NCBI GenBank assembly: GCA_024679065.1
Contig: JAGIQG010000029.1
Coordinates: 19,096,001 to 19,160,000 of the forward strand
Reading direction: 5' to 3'
From: Sphyrna mokarran
Lineage: Eukaryota
DNA: 64,000 nt
The notes below the pieces were generated by a model, which was not told the DNA's origin, searched no databases, and worked only from the letters and a program-made list of their open reading frames with translations. The position numbers and the translations under genes were made by a program. Positions 50,240-62,378 of the stretch are shown in pieces. Position 1 is the stretch's first letter, and each line of letters opens with the position of its first letter.

Positions 50240-50365
50240 GAGTCAAAATTTCTCCAACCTCACCTGTGGCTGGGATTCTCCAGTTCCATTGGAATTCTGG
50301 CTGAGGACTAAATTCTCCATCTTGCTTGCAGCAGTGGTGGGTCAACAAGATGGGAATAACCCAGC
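50240..50365. mobile_element. MITE family A copy
   Basis: TGGCTGAGGACTAAATTCTCCATCTTGCTTGCAGC core. Confidence 0.6.
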
Positions 50366-51124
50366 TGTTTTTTTATTATTCCATGCAAGTGTAGAGAAGG
50401 AAAATGCTATTCTTATACAGGAGAGAAATGACCAACCTACAAAAGAACAATGATTTGCAAATAAAGATTTAGACGACAAAAACAGACTTGTTAAGCTAAG
50501 CATTTCTAAACCACTGGTTAGGTCTCAGCTGGAGTATCAGGTCCAATTCTGGGCACAAAACAGAAAGGATGTCAAGATCTTGGCGAGACTGCAGGGGAGA
50601 TTTACTAACATTGTACGAAAACCAGGCAAGCGTAAAAGTGTCTTGGCAACCCACAGATCCATATGAGCTGAGTGCCTGCAGCAGAGTTCTCTTTTAAATA
50701 ATGCCTTAAGCAGGAGGCACAAGATATTACAAAATGGCTTGGCCTTTGGACAAGCTTTTGACCAACCCAGCTCAAATGATTTTTGGGGTCTTAATTACAT
50801 ACAAGCTGAGAAACCCACATGATTCTGACAGAAATGAGAACAAATCAGTTTTATCTGTCTCTCTCTCTCCCCAAGCTTATTGCCAGGTAGAGTGTGTTAA
50901 AATCAAATTGTACCACATAGGTATTTATTTATATTTACAAAATCTCCTGATTTTTTTTAGAATTTTTTTCCATTAAGTAGTTTTGGTTGTAGTAACCTTC
51001 TCACCCTTCTGAATATTTTATATGTTGATCTCTCAAAAATGAGATTGATTTTCAAAGTTGAATGAGCAATGATCAAGTATGTTTTAAAATAAATACAATT
51101 TACATGTTTTGTTTAAATAAAAAC

Positions 51125-51315
51125 AGAAATGCAAAATTGCCACAGTCCCAGATGACCATAAGCTGACTGATGGTGATTTAACCCCTCACGTAAGGGGCAA
51201 GGCTGAAAAGACGGGGCCTTCATGAATAATCTCAGCCAGTACAGGAATTGAAGCTGCACTGTTGATATCCCTCTGCATCAGAGACCAGACATGCAGCCAA
51301 CCGAGCTAACCAACC
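51125..51315 (-). mobile_element. tRNA-derived SINE (third family)
   Basis: Reverse complement GGTTAGCTCGGTTGG (A box)...GCTTCAATTCC (B box)...TATGGTCATCTGGGACTGTGGCAA. Confidence 0.6.
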
Positions 51316-51774
51316 CCTAAATCAAAATATAGAACCATACCAATAATAACTAAATTAGCTCTCAAATCCCTGAAGTGATTGTGTATTCACAACTTAAACA
51401 TGGACACTGCCTGTGAAGTAAGTCAAGATTAAGGTTCAAGGAGTTCTTTCAAGGTTAACCACAGGAAATGTGCCATATCCACTACAGATTGGGATAAAAA
51501 TAGACAAAAAAGAACTACCGAGGGATATCAAATGGTAGCGTTTCTGCCTTTGATTAGCAAAGAATACAGGCTGCTAAGGTCCAAAGATGAGAGATGGTAG
51601 CCTAGTAATTATCTAGAGGTCCAGGCTATACTCCGGGGACATGCATTCAAATCCCTCCACAGTAGTTAGTGAAATTTAAATTCAATTGATAAATTTGGAA
51701 TATGAAACTATTGTCAATGTTTGTAAAAATCCATCTGGTTAGTGAATCTTCCTTAAAAGGAAGAAAATCTGCCA

Positions 51775-52466
51775 TCACACATGAGAATATCACCCACCCA
51801 CCAGACAGCATATACTCATGCGACTCGGCCAATGTTGTCTACCTCACGCGCTGCAGGAAAGAATGTTCTGAGGCGTGTTACATCAGCAAGACCATGTAGA
51901 CACTTCAACAATGGATGATTGGACACCATGTGGCAATCACCAAGCAGGAGTGTTTCTTTCCTGTTGGAGAATACTTCAGCAATCAAGAGCATTCAGCCTC
52001 TGATTTTTGGGTAAGCGTTTTTCAAGGCGCCCTTCAAGACACACAATGCAGAATTGCTGAGCGGAAACTGATAGCCATGTTCTACATGCATGAGGGCAGC
52101 CCCAACCTGGATTTGGGTTCATGTCACACTATCGATAACCCACCATTTGGTGTGAGCTTGCAAAATTTCACTAACTGTCCTGGTGTGAGACAATTCACAC
52201 CTCTTTGACCTGTGATAATCTCTTTCTCCACTCACGTTATCTGTATCTGTAGAGGCTTGATTACCTGTTAAGACTCGCATTCCAACCATTATATTGCAAT
52301 TGAGTCTGTCTATATATGCCGTGTTTGTGAACCCAACTCTTCATTCACCTGATGAAGGAGCAGCACTCAAAAGCTTGTGATTCCAAATAAACCTGTTAGA
52401 CTTTAACCTGTGTTGTGAGACTTCTTGCTATGCCCAACCCAGTCCAATGCTGGCATCTCCACATCA
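51775..52466 (+). mobile_element. Penelope-like element 3' fragment, different and older subfamily
   Basis: YSCDSANVVYLTRCRKEC..ACYISKT, FPVGEYFS; terminus CAAATAAACCTGTT...GGCATCTCCACATC; follows a SINE head at 51590-51775. Confidence 0.9.
52345..52380 (+). ncRNA. Minimal hammerhead-ribozyme-like motif (degenerate)
   Basis: TCAC-CTGATGA-AG-GAG-CAGCA-CTC-AAAA-GCTT-GTGA. Confidence 0.6.
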
Positions 52467-52769
52467 AGGAAGACCATGATTTTCAACTGAAGTTAAAATA
52501 AAACTTGTTTCAAAATAAGTCTATACTTGTAGATTTGAAATTGATTAAAATTAATACACTATTTGAATTGAACTGAAAGGGACTGCTTTTCAGCTTAATA
52601 AAACTGTTTAATTTGAATGCTCAAATGAATGCTCAAATTAGGAAGATGTGCTTTATGCTAAACAATGACTTTTTTTCAAAAATCCACTGACTGGAAACCT
52701 GCATTGAATTAAAGGAACCATATTCGTCAAAAACACAGAGACTAAAATGATTTGAGCTTACAGCCCACG

Positions 52770-53095
52770 ATAGTCACCCTTTATATGCGTCACTTCATGC
52801 TACACTTTCCAATTCATTTGAGTGGAGTCAGTCTGTCTGCAAAACCCAGGGAAGTGTGAAGAACTCACATCTCTGTCTCATTAGCAAGACATCTGTGGCA
52901 ATCACTTGAGGTATTCACCTGTCGGTGACAGGCCATTAAGCCTAATTGCTTAGACAAAGGACCCTGGTTAGATTAGCTTCTATACAAGAGCTAATCACAT
53001 CATTTTTGGAATATATGGACAATTCTTTCATTTTTAATCCTGCTGACAGTTGGAGTAAAAAGATTATGTGACACATCAATCCTTTGTATGTTTTA
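52770..53095. promoter_or_regulatory. Candidate conserved enhancer
   Basis: Repeat-free; CCTGTCGGTGACAGG, CATTAA, CTAATTG, ACAAAG, TAATCC, TGACAG. Confidence 0.45.
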
Positions 53096-53717
53096 AGCAT
53101 GTTTTCTTGGTAGAACTGAGGACAAGCAACAAAGGAAGAAGATCAAAGTGGGATTCCCCCTGGCCTCCTTTATTCTCCAACTTACCTGGCAACCTTTGGG
53201 GTCTGTTTGCTGATGGTGATTGAAATAACTTCTCAGAGGCCACTGACCCTTCATCAGTTTCCCTTTATTTACAAACTCTATTCCACTCCTAAAGAGTGCT
53301 TCAGACACAAAGTCAGAATCCAGAGTGTGACTAGACCTGATATTCCTCAATAAATATACAGATAAGATTCCCTGATAAGGCAGGCAATCATTGCCTCAAT
53401 CAAGGAACTCATATGCCAAGAGGCCCATTTCCTGGGCCTCATTGAGATCATTACAGCGATGATCTGCGATGTCCTGCTTCAGACATTAATTTCTTAAAGA
53501 GTGCAACCTAGCACTACCATCTCCCAAAGTCTGCAATTTAAATCAGAATATTGAGACCATTGAACTCCACCGAAGCTAACATTGTATAGACTTTACTTTT
53601 TTAGTGGGCTCTTATTTAGCCAACCTATATTTTACTATTTTATTTGGGATTGGTTGTCCTATTTGCTCTTCAGTTAAATACTCACGAAGTCCCTTTCAAT
53701 GAAAAAGCTTCTTGGAG

Positions 53718-53905
53718 ACAAATTTAGCATGGCCAACCAATCTAACCTACACATCTTTAGACTGTGGGAAGAAACCAGAGCACTGGGAGGAAACTCATGC
53801 AGACGCTGAGAGAATGTGCAAACTCCACACAGTCACCCGAGGCTGGAATTTAATCCGGGTTACTGGCATTGCGAGGCAGCAGTACTAAACTTCTGTGCCA
53901 TTGTA
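53718..53905 (-). mobile_element. HE1-type V-SINE 5' half
   Basis: Head and V-domain on minus strand. Confidence 0.8.
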
Positions 53906-54690
53906 CATTTTCCAGTAGTGTTTAGTTCATTGACAAGGAACATGACAAAGTCTTTCCTCGTGACCACTATTCTAGTGGAATCAGAAAGTGAAAGATGACT
54001 CCCATCTTTCTCCAATGTGCTGCCATTTAGTAGCAAATACAGATCAATATCCATCGAAGTAGTACAATATGACTTCCAAAACTCAGGAATGTCACTAATT
54101 GGAATCCAGACAGTATCTCCAGCAGATGAAGAGAAATCTGAGCAAAAGTTTCAACAGAGTGTTTTTCATTTACCAATTGTGCTTTCATTATCTAACCTAT
54201 TAGCATAAAGGGCCTTGGAACAACTTTGTATCATTCAAGCTGTCCAACATAAAAAATAAAGACTTGCATTTATATTGTGCATTTCATAGCCTCAAGATGC
54301 TGCAAAGCGTTTCACCAACAGTGGAAGACTTTGAAAGGGTTCTTACTGCTGTAAAGCATATTTGTCAGGTGCCATACATGAATGTCCATGCATGTGGGGA
54401 GATGTTCTAAATTTTACTATCCAATATAACCAGGTTACCCCAACATATATGTAGATACTTCCACAATCCAGTGCTTCCAACAGCAAGCTGCACCTAATAG
54501 CAGCAGTAGGTCAGATCCACAATGTCTTAGCTGCACCTGAAATAATGCACACCTACGCAATAATTGTTCCACGGTGAGTATGCAAGGTCATCAAATTATC
54601 CTTATATATAGGCATACATGTTAGGCATATTAACAAGAGTTGGTGTTGTACTAGATGATTCAGATTCCCTGATAAGATTGTGAACACATA

Positions 54691-54819
54691 GGGTGGGATT
54701 TTAAGACCCTCAATCATCTTGAAATCGCAAAAAATCCATCTGAGGTCAATGGACCTTTCCATGGTCCAACCCTCACCTGCTCCGATTCCCAAGGCAGGCG
54801 GGCTGGTAAAATTCCTTTC
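54691..54819. mobile_element. MITE family B copy (reverse orientation)
   Basis: GGGTGGGATTTT...GTAAAATTCC; GACCTTTCCATGGTCC is the reverse complement of the core of the 14359 copy. Confidence 0.7.
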
Positions 54820-55319
54820 GTTGGATTGGCTTGGGGCAGTCAGCTAAGCCTTTTGATTGAAATTGACACAATTGTTACTCTGCCTCCATTAAATTAAGGT
54901 ACTACCAAAGATAGGTCTCAGTGGAGAGAATATATTCAGTGAGAGGAAGTTAATCTTGGGAGCCTTTTACTAAACTTTTATTTTGCAGTTTTGGATTTTG
55001 TACAGAATTTGTAACTCTTGTGGGAATAAATTGTCATAAGAGGAAGGAACTAATGATGAATGGAAAAACAACATTGGGGACAAAGCGATCTCCAGTCCGC
55101 CATATTTGCCAGAGACATTGTAAAACATTAGCATATCTAAAGCTGCATCTTAAAAATCAGTGCATATAAAGAAGAATTGATTAAAATAAAGTCATAATCA
55201 CAAGAGTTCAGAATGCTCAAATACAAAGAGTTAACTGTTAATTGTAAGATTAATTTTAAACCATATAGTCGCATCTTCATTATAGTACCCCTTTTGACAG
55301 GATTAGAATCATTAAATAT

Positions 55320-56330
55320 ATAACTCAGCAGCCTTTGAAACAATCCATTTGACACTAGTGACTTATCAACTTTCAAGGTTCCCAACTCTTTGAGTCCTTT
55401 TTTTTCTATTTACCCCATCCAATGTCTCAGTGTGTTCTTCCTAGACTATTATATCTGCATCATCCCTTTCCTTTGTAAACATGGAGACACAATACTCAAT
55501 TAAAACCCTTTCCACAGCATCTGCAACTACACACAAGTTCACTTTTTCATCTCTAAATGAGGCCACATTTTCTTTAACTAATTGTATTGGTAAAATGTCT
55601 TTGGGGTTTTCTTTACCTTAACTTGCTAATGCTTTTTTGTGCTGTCTCTGATTTCCTTGTTTCCTTTTTCACTTCATCCCTGCACTTCCTACATTCGCCC
55701 AAGTTATCTGCAGTGCTTAGCTATTTGTGCCTATTGTACATACGCTTTCTTCTTTCTGTTTGATCTTCCCCTGCATTCCTCTAGATGACTGAAAGAGACT
55801 AGATTTGGCAACATCGCCCTTATTTTTGGAGGAAAAAAATCTACTTCGTACATTTAATATCTTGTTGTTTTAGTACTTCTCACTGGTTTTCTACTGATTT
55901 ATCCTCCAGCAGTGCCGTCCAAACCATCTCAGCCAAGCCCCTTCTCATTCCTGCAAAATTTGCCTCTCCCCCAACATGTTCAAAATTTTTATTGCTGTTT
56001 TATCTCTGTCCTTTTCCATGGTAATGCTAAATCTAACTGAATTGCAATCACTATCTCTAATATTGTCACCGCTATCATTCTACCCACTTGCCCTTCTTCA
56101 TTCTCCAAGAATGGTCTAGAATTGCTTCTCCTCTTATTGAGTTTATCCCTAATTGGTTGAAAATATTTTCCTGGTCACACTACATGATGTTTTACTCCCT
56201 CAGTGCTTCTTATATTGTTTGCATTCCAGTTGAGATTGGGATAGTTAAAGTGTCCTATTATTACCGTCCTCTTGTTCTTATGGGCAGAAATTTGCCTGTA
56301 TATATTTGTTCTTCTATCTCCCCATCACTG
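55320..56330 (-). mobile_element. Old CR1-type LINE endonuclease/linker fragment
   Basis: IIGHFNYPNLNW (cf. GDFN.P) near 56260; LKVDKSLVSNGLFQRLL (cf. KSPGPDG.HPR.L) near 55360. Confidence 0.7.
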
Positions 56331-57519
56331 TGAAACAATGACCATAACTTTGTTACAATTCAGATGACTAATTGTTGTGTATACTGTGAGTCATTAATCA
56401 GTTCTTCCCTACAGTGAATTTGTTATCTAATTATAAGAAATGATTTTCAAGCTAATCAACAAACATTTCCAACATCAAACTGGTTGCATGCTTAGCTATT
56501 TGTGCCTTTCTCATGCTTTCTTGTTTCTGTTTGATCTCCCCATTTCAACCAATTGCATTTTGTAGCCAATCTCAGTGCCATTATTATTTTGAAGCATTCC
56601 AAAGAAATTTATCCCTCAAAGATCGAGATCAAAGAAAATCTGTTACCCCGCAGCTATCTGGAAATATTCCTCACTGAGCCACAGAAACATTTAGATAACT
56701 TGTATTCATCCTTGCACTGCCAGGATACAATATAGATTTGAAAAAAAACTGAATTCTCAATGCTATTAACCTCAAGTCAGATTTCCCTGCTATTGACTTA
56801 TCATAATAGCACCAAATAGCTGCTGCATCTAAATAACAATGTTCCATCCAATAGCAATGTTTGAAATGCGTGAGGTGACAAACTGCATAACTTTGCCAAA
56901 AGGCTCACCCTGTTGTCATCATACTGCAAGTATAAATCTCAGGTCTTCGCATGTAGAGTGTGGTACACAGCTGGTGGATCATAATTCACACAGCTGGATA
57001 TTTAATCTGAAATAAAAAACAGAAAATGCCGGAAAGAGCCAGCAGGCCGTGTCTGTGGCAGCCTAACTCGCTCTGCCAGTATCAAAGAAACTGTGTGGAC
57101 GTTCATACACACAGCTGCTCTGGATGATATGTTATGTTAGAAGTTAACACTGATTGTCTTAACATTTCATCAAATTCCCAGGCTGGTAGGAATGCGATGA
57201 ATGGGAACATTTTTAGCTGGGCTTCTCCCCAGCTGGAGTTATATTCTTGCACATGCTTCTATAGCCTTTACGTCAGTGCATTTCAAGTTCCAATTATTGT
57301 TACCAGTCCTACATTATACTGTTGGCTTTATTTTGATTCACACTCATCTCACACTAATGCAAAAATCAGTCAGTTGTATAACAGTAAGATTAAATATCTC
57401 AACCATTTAGTTCTTCTGTGTCTGGCAACAAACATTAAATACATGGCATTCTTATTTGGAACACAATAACATGTTTAGTATTTGTAAAGCAGGAAGAAGG
57501 TAGAGATTCATGTTGATTT

Positions 57520-57800
57520 TACAATAAATATCATTTTGAATTAACTCAACAATGGCATCTACAAATGGAAATATTTTGAGGATTCTCTTACTGTTTCAAT
57601 TCAAAGGGGTTTTATTGCAAAGCTGCAATTAGCTCAATCTGGAGGCTGATCTTTGCCTTGATTAATGATGCAGCCATATAATCAAATAGGACGTGATGTT
57701 CTACTGCATGAAAGTCATCCACACCCCTACTGTAAGAAAGCAGATCACATTTAAGTAAATACACAATGACATAAAGGCTGAAATTCTTTGGTCCTGCTGC
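57520..57800. promoter_or_regulatory. Candidate conserved enhancer
   Basis: TTCAAAGG (TCF/LEF), TTTTATTG (posterior Hox/Cdx), CAATTAG, TGATTAAT (Pbx-Hox), GTAAATA (Fox) clustered in unique sequence. Confidence 0.45.
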
Positions 57801-57907
57801 TGTGAATGGAGATTTAGCAAAGTGGGGTAAACAAAGTCAGAGAATCCAGACCAATCGGAGCAAGAATAGACTAAACCCCCTTTCAAGCATGCTCCTCCAT
57901 TCAGCAA

Positions 57908-58202
57908 TGGGTGGCGCTATGGCATAGTGGTTAGCAATGCTGCCTTAGCACCAGTGATCCCGGTTCAATTCTCAGCTTGGGTCACTGTGCGGAGTCTGCA
58001 CACTCTCCCTTGTGGATTTTCTCTGGTTGCTTCTGTTTTTCTCACAGTTTCAGAGATGTGCTGGTTAGCTGCATTGGCCATGCTAAATTCCTCAGTATAC
58101 TGAACAGGCACTGGAGTGTGGTGACTAGGGAATTTTCACACTGACATCATTGCAGTGTTAATGTAAGCCTATTTGTGACACTAATAAATAAACTTAAACT
58201 AA
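57908..58202 (+). mobile_element. V-SINE variant with alternative 3' tail
   Basis: HE1-like head; tail TGCAGTGTTAATGTAAGCCTATTTGTGACACTAATAAATAAACTTAAACT. Confidence 0.82.
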
Positions 58203-58478
58203 AAATGTATGACTGATCTCCTTCTTCAATGCCACTGTCCCTTGCTTCTCTGAGAAGTTGAAAATCTACGTATCATAGCCTAAATATACTGAATGATGGC
58301 TGATCCTCAAGTCTCTAGGGTAGACAATTCCAAAGATTCACAAATTTTTTCTCATCTCAGCCCTCAATCATTGATCCACTTTCTTGATTTGCATTGTATG
58401 GTGGATTCCCCTGCCAGAGAAAATAGCCTCTCAATGGCCATGCTGTTAAGCCCCTTCAGAATCTTGTATGTTTCAATA

Positions 58479-59970
58479 TGTTAAGAAGTCAAAGGTACTG
58501 TGGAGGGATTTATATTTTGTATTGGTAAACATTTGAAATAAGTGGGTTTAATTTATTGTTTTGGTACCTGGAAGAGTAAATCCTATGGTTAGATTCATGT
58601 TGGACAAAGGTATTTGTATTTGGGGGTTTGACTAAATTCCAACTGTGATTCTATCATGATTAAGGTTGCAACATGAAGAGTAAATAGCCGAGTGAAGGAT
58701 AAGTTGTTGCTTAGCAGCAGGAGGCCACTTTCCAGAGGGAAGTGATATCCTTTGTTCTTAGTTTTCACTGATTTTTGTGGCTGTTGGAGCAGGACACAAA
58801 GTAGTGACCATTTCTCAGCTCCACCAGGAGAAGTTGGGCAGGATAAGGGAGCTGCAAGAAAGCAGGTTTCCCAAAGAACAAATTACAATCCAGATAACTA
58901 GGGAATTGGGACAGGAATGTTTCAAAACAACTGAAGTTAACAGAAACCAATGTTTTGTTTAGATGAATTCAAGGAAGAATAAACAAAGTATACTTAGTTA
59001 AAGAGATAATTGCAATAACCAGATTAAAGTGTGAAAGCAGACTCCAGAAGTAAATCAAAAGTTTGATGCCATTTGAGCAGAGTCTGGGAATTGAGAGTTA
59101 AAGCAATCGTGAATGATATGTGCAGCAGTCATGACAAAGAAAGTCCCGAAGGAGATGGTGTGAATCCTGGATGCTAGAATAATTGACAAAAGTGTAGTAG
59201 AAGCTTTGGTTAAAGGAGTCATTTGGAAAACCTGGACTGGATTTTGGAACACAAACCACTAATGGTCTCATTAAGCACACAGATTGATTGTGGTCAAGAA
59301 CACATTACACTCTGAGCCCAAGTTAATGGCAATAGATTTCTCCTCAGATGATTGTCACATGAGAGTTTCCAAATTCCACTGCTTTCCACTATAAAACCAC
59401 ACTTGTGTTTAGAGAGAATTGTAGATACAGGCATTCTGCATATCAGATTTCAAAATGACCAGTTATCATGCAGGTTCACAAAACACTTGTGTTTTCATCA
59501 TTTATATACTTTACAGAATTTAATATTTTCTATTATGTGCACACAAGTGATGTATGTTTGATTTCTATAATACTTGATACAACATTTATAGCATAATTCT
59601 ACACTTGGTCACCACGTTGCTACTTTATTAATTCAGACCCACAGATTAAGGAGCCAGTTGTTGGTGAAATAATGAGACGATGAGTTATTGAGATCATTAT
59701 AACTTAAAATGTAGTTTGTAATCCATGTTAATCTTAAAACCTGCATGTATCTGTTAGATTAAAGGGAGAGTAAAAGAGTATTGTATCACAATCCAATTTT
59801 TTTCATGTTAAATAAATGTCTATTGTTTTGTTGTTAAAACCAGTTAGGGGTCCCATGACCCTATTTTATGTTTTCTTCGTGTTTCAAGAAAAAAAAAGAG
59901 AAAGCTATCGTCTTTTGAGCCAGGATTCCATCCTTCCTCTCCAGTTATAACAGCATTTGAGATTGTAACA
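58479..59970 (+). mobile_element. ~1.5-kb solo-LTR-like insertion in a CR1 fragment
   Basis: TGTTA...TAACA termini, flanks AATA / AATG, AATAAA near 59810; minus-strand CR1 sequence is collinear across the insert (ATCTTGTATGTTTCAAT | GAAATTACCTTTCATTCTTC). Confidence 0.7.
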
Positions 59971-60546
59971 AATGAAATTACCTTTCATTCTTCTGAACTC
60001 CAGACTGTATAAACCCAATATATTCAGCTGATCATCCTTCTCAATACAGGAACTCTCTGGAGAATCTGTACTGTGAGACCTTCAATGTTTTCCTTGGGTA
60101 TAAATTTCAAAACTGCATACAGTATGGTTGGTGTGACCTCACCAACATCCTGATGAATTCTGATGAAATCCAAAGAAAACTCAGGCCCGGTTAATGCACT
60201 AATTATAAATTTCTTGATAGGGGGTTACTGAATGAGTTGCTATTTTTTAACACTGTATAGCTTATTTCACCAACAACTGGCTCCTTAATCTGTGGGTCTG
60301 AATTAATAAAGTAGCAACGTGGTGACCAAGTGTAGAATTATGCTATAAATGTTGTATCAAGTATTATAGAAATCAAACATACATCACTTGTGTGCACATA
60401 ATAGAAAATATTAAATTCTGTAAAGTATATAAATGATGAAAACGCAAGTGTTTTGTGAACCTGCATGATAACTGGTCATTTTGAAATCTGATATGCAGAA
60501 TGCCTATATCTACAATTCTCTCTAAACACAAGTGTGGTTTTATAGT
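59388..60546. repeat. 285-bp inverted repeat with 589-bp spacer
   Basis: 59388-59672 is the reverse complement of 60262-60546; I found only 2 mismatches by eye. Confidence 0.97.
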
Positions 60547-60914
60547 TGTGTCTGAAGCTTAGGCAGACCTTAGCATCAGGGCACAGTGATCTTTCACTCT
60601 CCTCTCAGATGTCTTGCTCTTGTCTCAAGTTCAGGTTCGTTCTTGTTTCAGAAGCTCCTGGTTTCCCACTTCCTACCGCTATACAGCAACATGGATATGT
60701 TAAAAAGCACTTGTTTAAAGTTACAGTTCTCTGGCAGATATATTAGCTAGAAAGTAAGTGGCCATCTTACTCGTGATTAACCTAGGCTTCTTTGTTGCAC
60801 AGCCCATCCATCCTGTTCTCCAGATTTATTGTCCAGGTACTAATGTGGGAATCTAAATCCCTTGGTACTGTAATGTAGGAACGGTGGGTTCGAGTTTCTT
60901 TGTTGTCAGTCATA

Positions 60915-61240
60915 CGGGCAGCTCAATGGCATAGAGGTTAGCATTGCTGTCTCAGAGTGCCAGGGACTCAGGTTCAATTCAGGCTTCGAAGGTGACTGTT
61001 TGTGTGGAGTTTGCACATTCTCCCCATGTCTACGTTGGTTTCCTCCGGGTGCTCTACATAGTCCAACAATGTGTGGGTGAGGTTAATTGGTCATGCTAAA
61101 TTGATTCTAGTGTCAGGGGTATTAACAGGGTAAATATTTGGGGTTACAGGAATAGGGCATGGGTGGAATTGTAGTCAGTGCAGACTCATTGGGCCGAATG
61201 GCCTCCTTCTGTATTGTCAGGATTCTATGAAAGGATCTTA
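60915..61240 (+). mobile_element. HE1-type V-SINE
   Basis: Head, V-domain, GGATTCTATG tail. Confidence 0.88.
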
Positions 61241-61942
61241 TGAAAGTTGTGGGGGTGGTGATTGAGGGAGAGGCTAAAAACTTGTTACTGTTGTCCCCCT
61301 TTGCATTGCCCATTTAGTTTTACACTTTAGACTGCCACCATCAGCAATGTTGTGTTTCAAATCTGAAGACCTCTGAACTGCATAATAGAATTGGGCAACA
61401 CAATTAAATAAGGTGTATTTTAGTTTTCCACAGATGTTCACATTAGAGCTTGTGTGCGAAAATATGGGTCTGAGAAAATGAACCTCGGTGCTCTTGGTAT
61501 TGCTGCATACTGAATTCCTCCTCCTCATGTTATTAACACTCAGTGTTCCATGAACATGGCTAGCTGTAAGGCAATTGGGAAGCACCTAAGTTGCAAGAAG
61601 CTTCAACATGTCACGCACTAGTTTCATTAAGGTAAATGAAATTCCAGCATTTAATGAACAACAGATATAGCACAAGAGGCTCCAAACCTTGGGTTGGATC
61701 TTTGCTCTCACAGATGCATTACTATTTTTGGAGACTGTTTGTAGCTACTAGAAATTATTTCATTCCTTCTCGATAATATTGCTAAGTAGTCAGAAGGGAA
61801 GTCAGAGAGAGCTCCTTGAAACTTTACCCTATTTATTATATGTATGTGGCTCACTGGAGAACTGTCAGATATATTGCTTATATAGGAAATATATGTATTC
61901 CTTTTGGCATCACTTTGCACTTCTGGAGGAAGCACAACATTT

Positions 61943-62265
61943 TGGGCTGCATGGTGGCACAGTGGTTAGCATTTATGCCTCACAATACTAGGTTCATAGA
62001 TTCAATTCCAGCCTTGGGTTATTGTCTGTGTGGAGTTTGTACATTCTCCCAGTGTCTGAATGGGTTTCCTTCAGGTACTCAGGTTTCTTCCCACAGTCCA
62101 AAGATGTGCAGGTTAGGTTGATTGGCCATGCTAAATTAATTAGTGTCAAGGTATTAGCAGGATAAATGTTTGGGGTTACACAGATATGACCTGGATGGGA
62201 TTGTGGTTGATGCAGACTCGATGGGTCTAATGACCTCCTTCTGTACTGTAGAGATTCTATGAGAT
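61943..62265 (+). mobile_element. HE1-type V-SINE
   Basis: Head, V-domain, GATTCTATG tail. Confidence 0.88.
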
Positions 62266-62378
62266 ATGTCAGTGGAAAGGTTTGTACTTTAGGAGAGAAA
62301 TCAGGATCTATCATTTGCGATTACTTTTACAGAAACAGGCAATTGTGTTCAGGCATTTCAGATCAAATTTACATTCAC

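Larger units (their letters stand above)
47705..50240 (+). mobile_element. Deu-domain SINE (SacSINE1-like) split by the Penelope insertion
   Basis: tRNA-like head 47705-47765, CAGTACTGAGGGAGTGCTGCACT, AAAGATCCC; resumes at 50012 with CTGGCCAA...ATTGGCTGTAAAGCACTTTG...TATAAATGCAAG. Confidence 0.75.

Noticed and set aside
60148-60186. CTGATGA...GAAA possible hammerhead
   Set aside because: No convincing stem II or III, and not in a Penelope terminus
59388-60546. Inverted repeat as TIRs of a single DNA transposon
   Set aside because: No TSD, and the spacer consists of an LTR-like end plus a CR1 fragment that continues outside the arms
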